A DNA stretch of 64,000 bases. Source: a virus. How positions within the stretch are numbered: position 1 is the stretch's first letter; the number at the start of each line of letters is the position of its first letter. A program made the translations under genes and the position numbers. The stretch covers positions 32,001-96,000 of the IMG/VR virus record IMGVR_UViG_3300028392_001993; one strand, given 5' to 3'. Positions 62,355 to 64,000 of the stretch are shown here, piece by piece. The notes beneath the pieces are model-generated. The model was not told the DNA's origin, did not search any database, and was given only the letters and a program-made list of their open reading frames with translations.

Positions 62355-63686
62355 TTAGATTGTATTGTACCATTCTTTTAGTTCAGGAAATGCTAGGCCA
62401 AAGTCTTTGCCACGACGTTGATCGTACTGTGAATAAAACTGTTTGAAATCATTATGTAATTTAGGCATGTCAAACGCATCAGAGTGCGGAGTCTTGACCA
62501 CATCCAAATAGTCTATTAGACGTTGTGTGTGATTTACTTCGTGTTCATGTATGAATTCCGAATCCGCCCAGTGTGCCAGCCAGGTCTTCAAGCGTTGACC
62601 ATATACTGTGCGCTGTGCATCGGGCAGGACCAGGGGTGATTGGAAACTTGGAAAGCGTAGAATATTTAGTGTGAAACTTATGGCATCACGCCCATATTCC
62701 AGTTTCCAATTCATTATGCATTCCAGCAATTGATCTAGTGTGCTTAAACATAACGCATTGATTGTTGCCATAACATGTATGCCACGGAACTGTCCTGAGT
62801 CTAATAATCGTTCTACATTATTAGCCCAGTCGTCCCAGACGAGCCCGTCACGAATATACTCGGCCTGTGAAGAAATTGCCTCATTTGAGGTGTACAAGTC
62901 AATGGCCATTCCTTGGGTTGAGGCAAGCAATCGGTCAATGTCAATGTCGGTTCCCAGATTACTATTGATAGCAAGGCGTGTGCTACTACGTCCCCGGTTG
63001 TCTCGAAACCAGTCGATGAGTCGCCAAGTGTGTGCGGACATGAGCGGCTCTCCTCCGGTAATTCTAAGTTCCTGGAGGGTATGATGTAGATCACTTTCCC
63101 ACCAGTCAAAAAATGCATCAATATATGGATTAGCCTCCGTGATCTTAAACAACTGGGCACTATCATGGGTATGGGTAAAGTGATTGCGGCCGTCACTAAC
63201 AAGATTGTTGTAGGGTCCGTTACGTCGAATATCATTAACCCAAGTTGTGCTAAATGCAGGGTTGCAGTAACTGCAAGCAAATTGACAAGTGCGATCAAAA
63301 GCAATTTCCAAGGTACGGAGATTGACGTCTTGATCGGGTAAAGTATTTCTAGCCTCATGCAATGCCTCTATAGGATATATCCGTGATTTATACACACGAT
63401 CACTAACAGCGTCGCGGCCCATGTCTTCGATCTTCCAGCAGTACTCACAGCCCGCAGGGCGTTCGCCTGCAAGCATTTTCTCACGGTCCTCTTTCTTTTG
63501 ATCAGTATTGTGCAGTAGCCTAGGGTTGTCCCGGACTCGATCAATATCCACCCGATGGGCCGGAGGGTGGTGACAACTTGTGGTCATACCAGAGCCTAAC
63601 CAAATGGTTGCATTGTACCATTTAGCCGCACAAAAACTTGCAGATAATGTGTCTAATACTGTGTGTCGAAATTCTAGATCATTCAT
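62355..63686 (-). CDS. Radical SAM protein (twitch-like N-terminus)
   Basis: FCAAKW, SCHH, CEYC; CQFACSYC..FSTTW; TGGEP; start reset to MNDLEF. Confidence 0.88.
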   Translation of the reverse strand: MNDLEFRHTVLDTLSASFCAAKWYNATIWLGSGMTTSCHHPPAHRVDIDRVRDNPRLLHNTDQKKEDREKMLAGERPAGCEYCWKIEDMGRDAVSDRVYKSRIYPIEALHEARNTLPDQDVNLRTLEIAFDRTCQFACSYCNPAFSTTWVNDIRRNGPYNNLVSDGRNHFTHTHDSAQLFKITEANPYIDAFFDWWESDLHHTLQELRITGGEPLMSAHTWRLIDWFRDNRGRSSTRLAINSNLGTDIDIDRLLASTQGMAIDLYTSNEAISSQAEYIRDGLVWDDWANNVERLLDSGQFRGIHVMATINALCLSTLDQLLECIMNWKLEYGRDAISFTLNILRFPSFQSPLVLPDAQRTVYGQRLKTWLAHWADSEFIHEHEVNHTQRLIDYLDVVKTPHSDAFDMPKLHNDFKQFYSQYDQRRGKDFGLAFPELKEWYNTI

Positions 63687-64000
63687 TGATAAATTTAAGT
63701 ACTCGTTGTGGTAGATCAGCCAGTTGTTGGGCTGAGTATTGTCGAAGATGCTGTTGGTTATATTTACATATGGGTTCGGCCGCGCTGAGGAAATCCACCA
63801 AATTACCTTGACATAGTTCTTCAACAACTTGTATTATACGCTGAAATCTGTCAGAACTCAAGTGAATTGAATCAAATGATTCATCGATTATCGAACCAAA
63901 TGTTTTAAATCCTAGATTGTGTAGATCACGATAAAAATTAACATTTGAGAATATCACAAACGGATGCCCTATTGCCAGTGGTTTGGCTGTTTTTTCTGTG
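63679..64000 (-). CDS. TEKT.KP-motif protein, paralogue 3 (C-terminal part; begins outside the window)
   Basis: Frame at the window edge reads TEKTAKPLAIGHPFVI...LHNLGFKTFGSIIDESFD. Confidence 0.7.
   Translation of the reverse strand, partial: TEKTAKPLAIGHPFVIFSNVNFYRDLHNLGFKTFGSIIDESFDSIHLSSDRFQRIIQVVEELCQGNLVDFLSAAEPICKYNQQHLRQYSAQQLADLPQRVLKFINE

Noticed and set aside
43387-63358. Numerous 60-180-aa opposite-strand or out-of-frame ORFs nested in long genes
   Set aside because: Fully contained within well-supported CDSs, with no motifs or start signals; expected shadow ORFs
1-64000. Stop-codon reassignment (alternative genetic code)
   Set aside because: Conserved genes read full length in code 11, all three stops are used, and no CUA/UCA/UUA suppressor anticodon was found; tRNA-Leu with anticodon TAG reads CUA

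Overview
This window is a 64-kb slice of a large lytic tailed-phage genome, T4-like in organisation. It has sigma70-type early promoters (TTGAC-N17-TATAAT), T4-type late promoters (TATAAATA/TAAATA), an RNase H-type 5'-3' exonuclease, thyX, an AAA ATPase + vWA/metallopeptidase pair and three free-standing homing endonucleases. The genetic code appears standard. RNA genes: 24 tRNAs with encoded CCA, several structurally atypical, and a circularly permuted (two-piece) tmRNA with an alphaproteobacterial-type GGCAGUG T-loop. There is also a family of highly structured spacer RNAs closed by a shared, covarying ~15-bp helix, and a ~310-nt ornate RNA candidate. Two homologous leader-peptide/antiterminator/terminator units (attenuator architecture) lie upstream of the tRNA/ncRNA blocks and are the strongest candidate for an undescribed regulatory system. 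The accessory load is heavy: 10 radical SAM genes, 3 PP-loop paralogues associated with TctC/Bug solute-binding proteins, about 5 2OG-Fe(II)/cupin-like oxygenases, an RNA polymerase omega homologue, rubrerythrin + rubredoxin, FeoA and AdoMetDC. A 43-64 kb block (epimerase, DegT aminotransferase, amidinotransferase, carbamoyltransferase, sulfotransferase-like and glycosyltransferase-like genes, radical SAMs) resembles aminosugar/aminocyclitol tailoring pathways. No CRISPR array, rRNA or integrase was seen. All calls come from reading motifs and base-pairing by eye; no database searches or folding programs were run.
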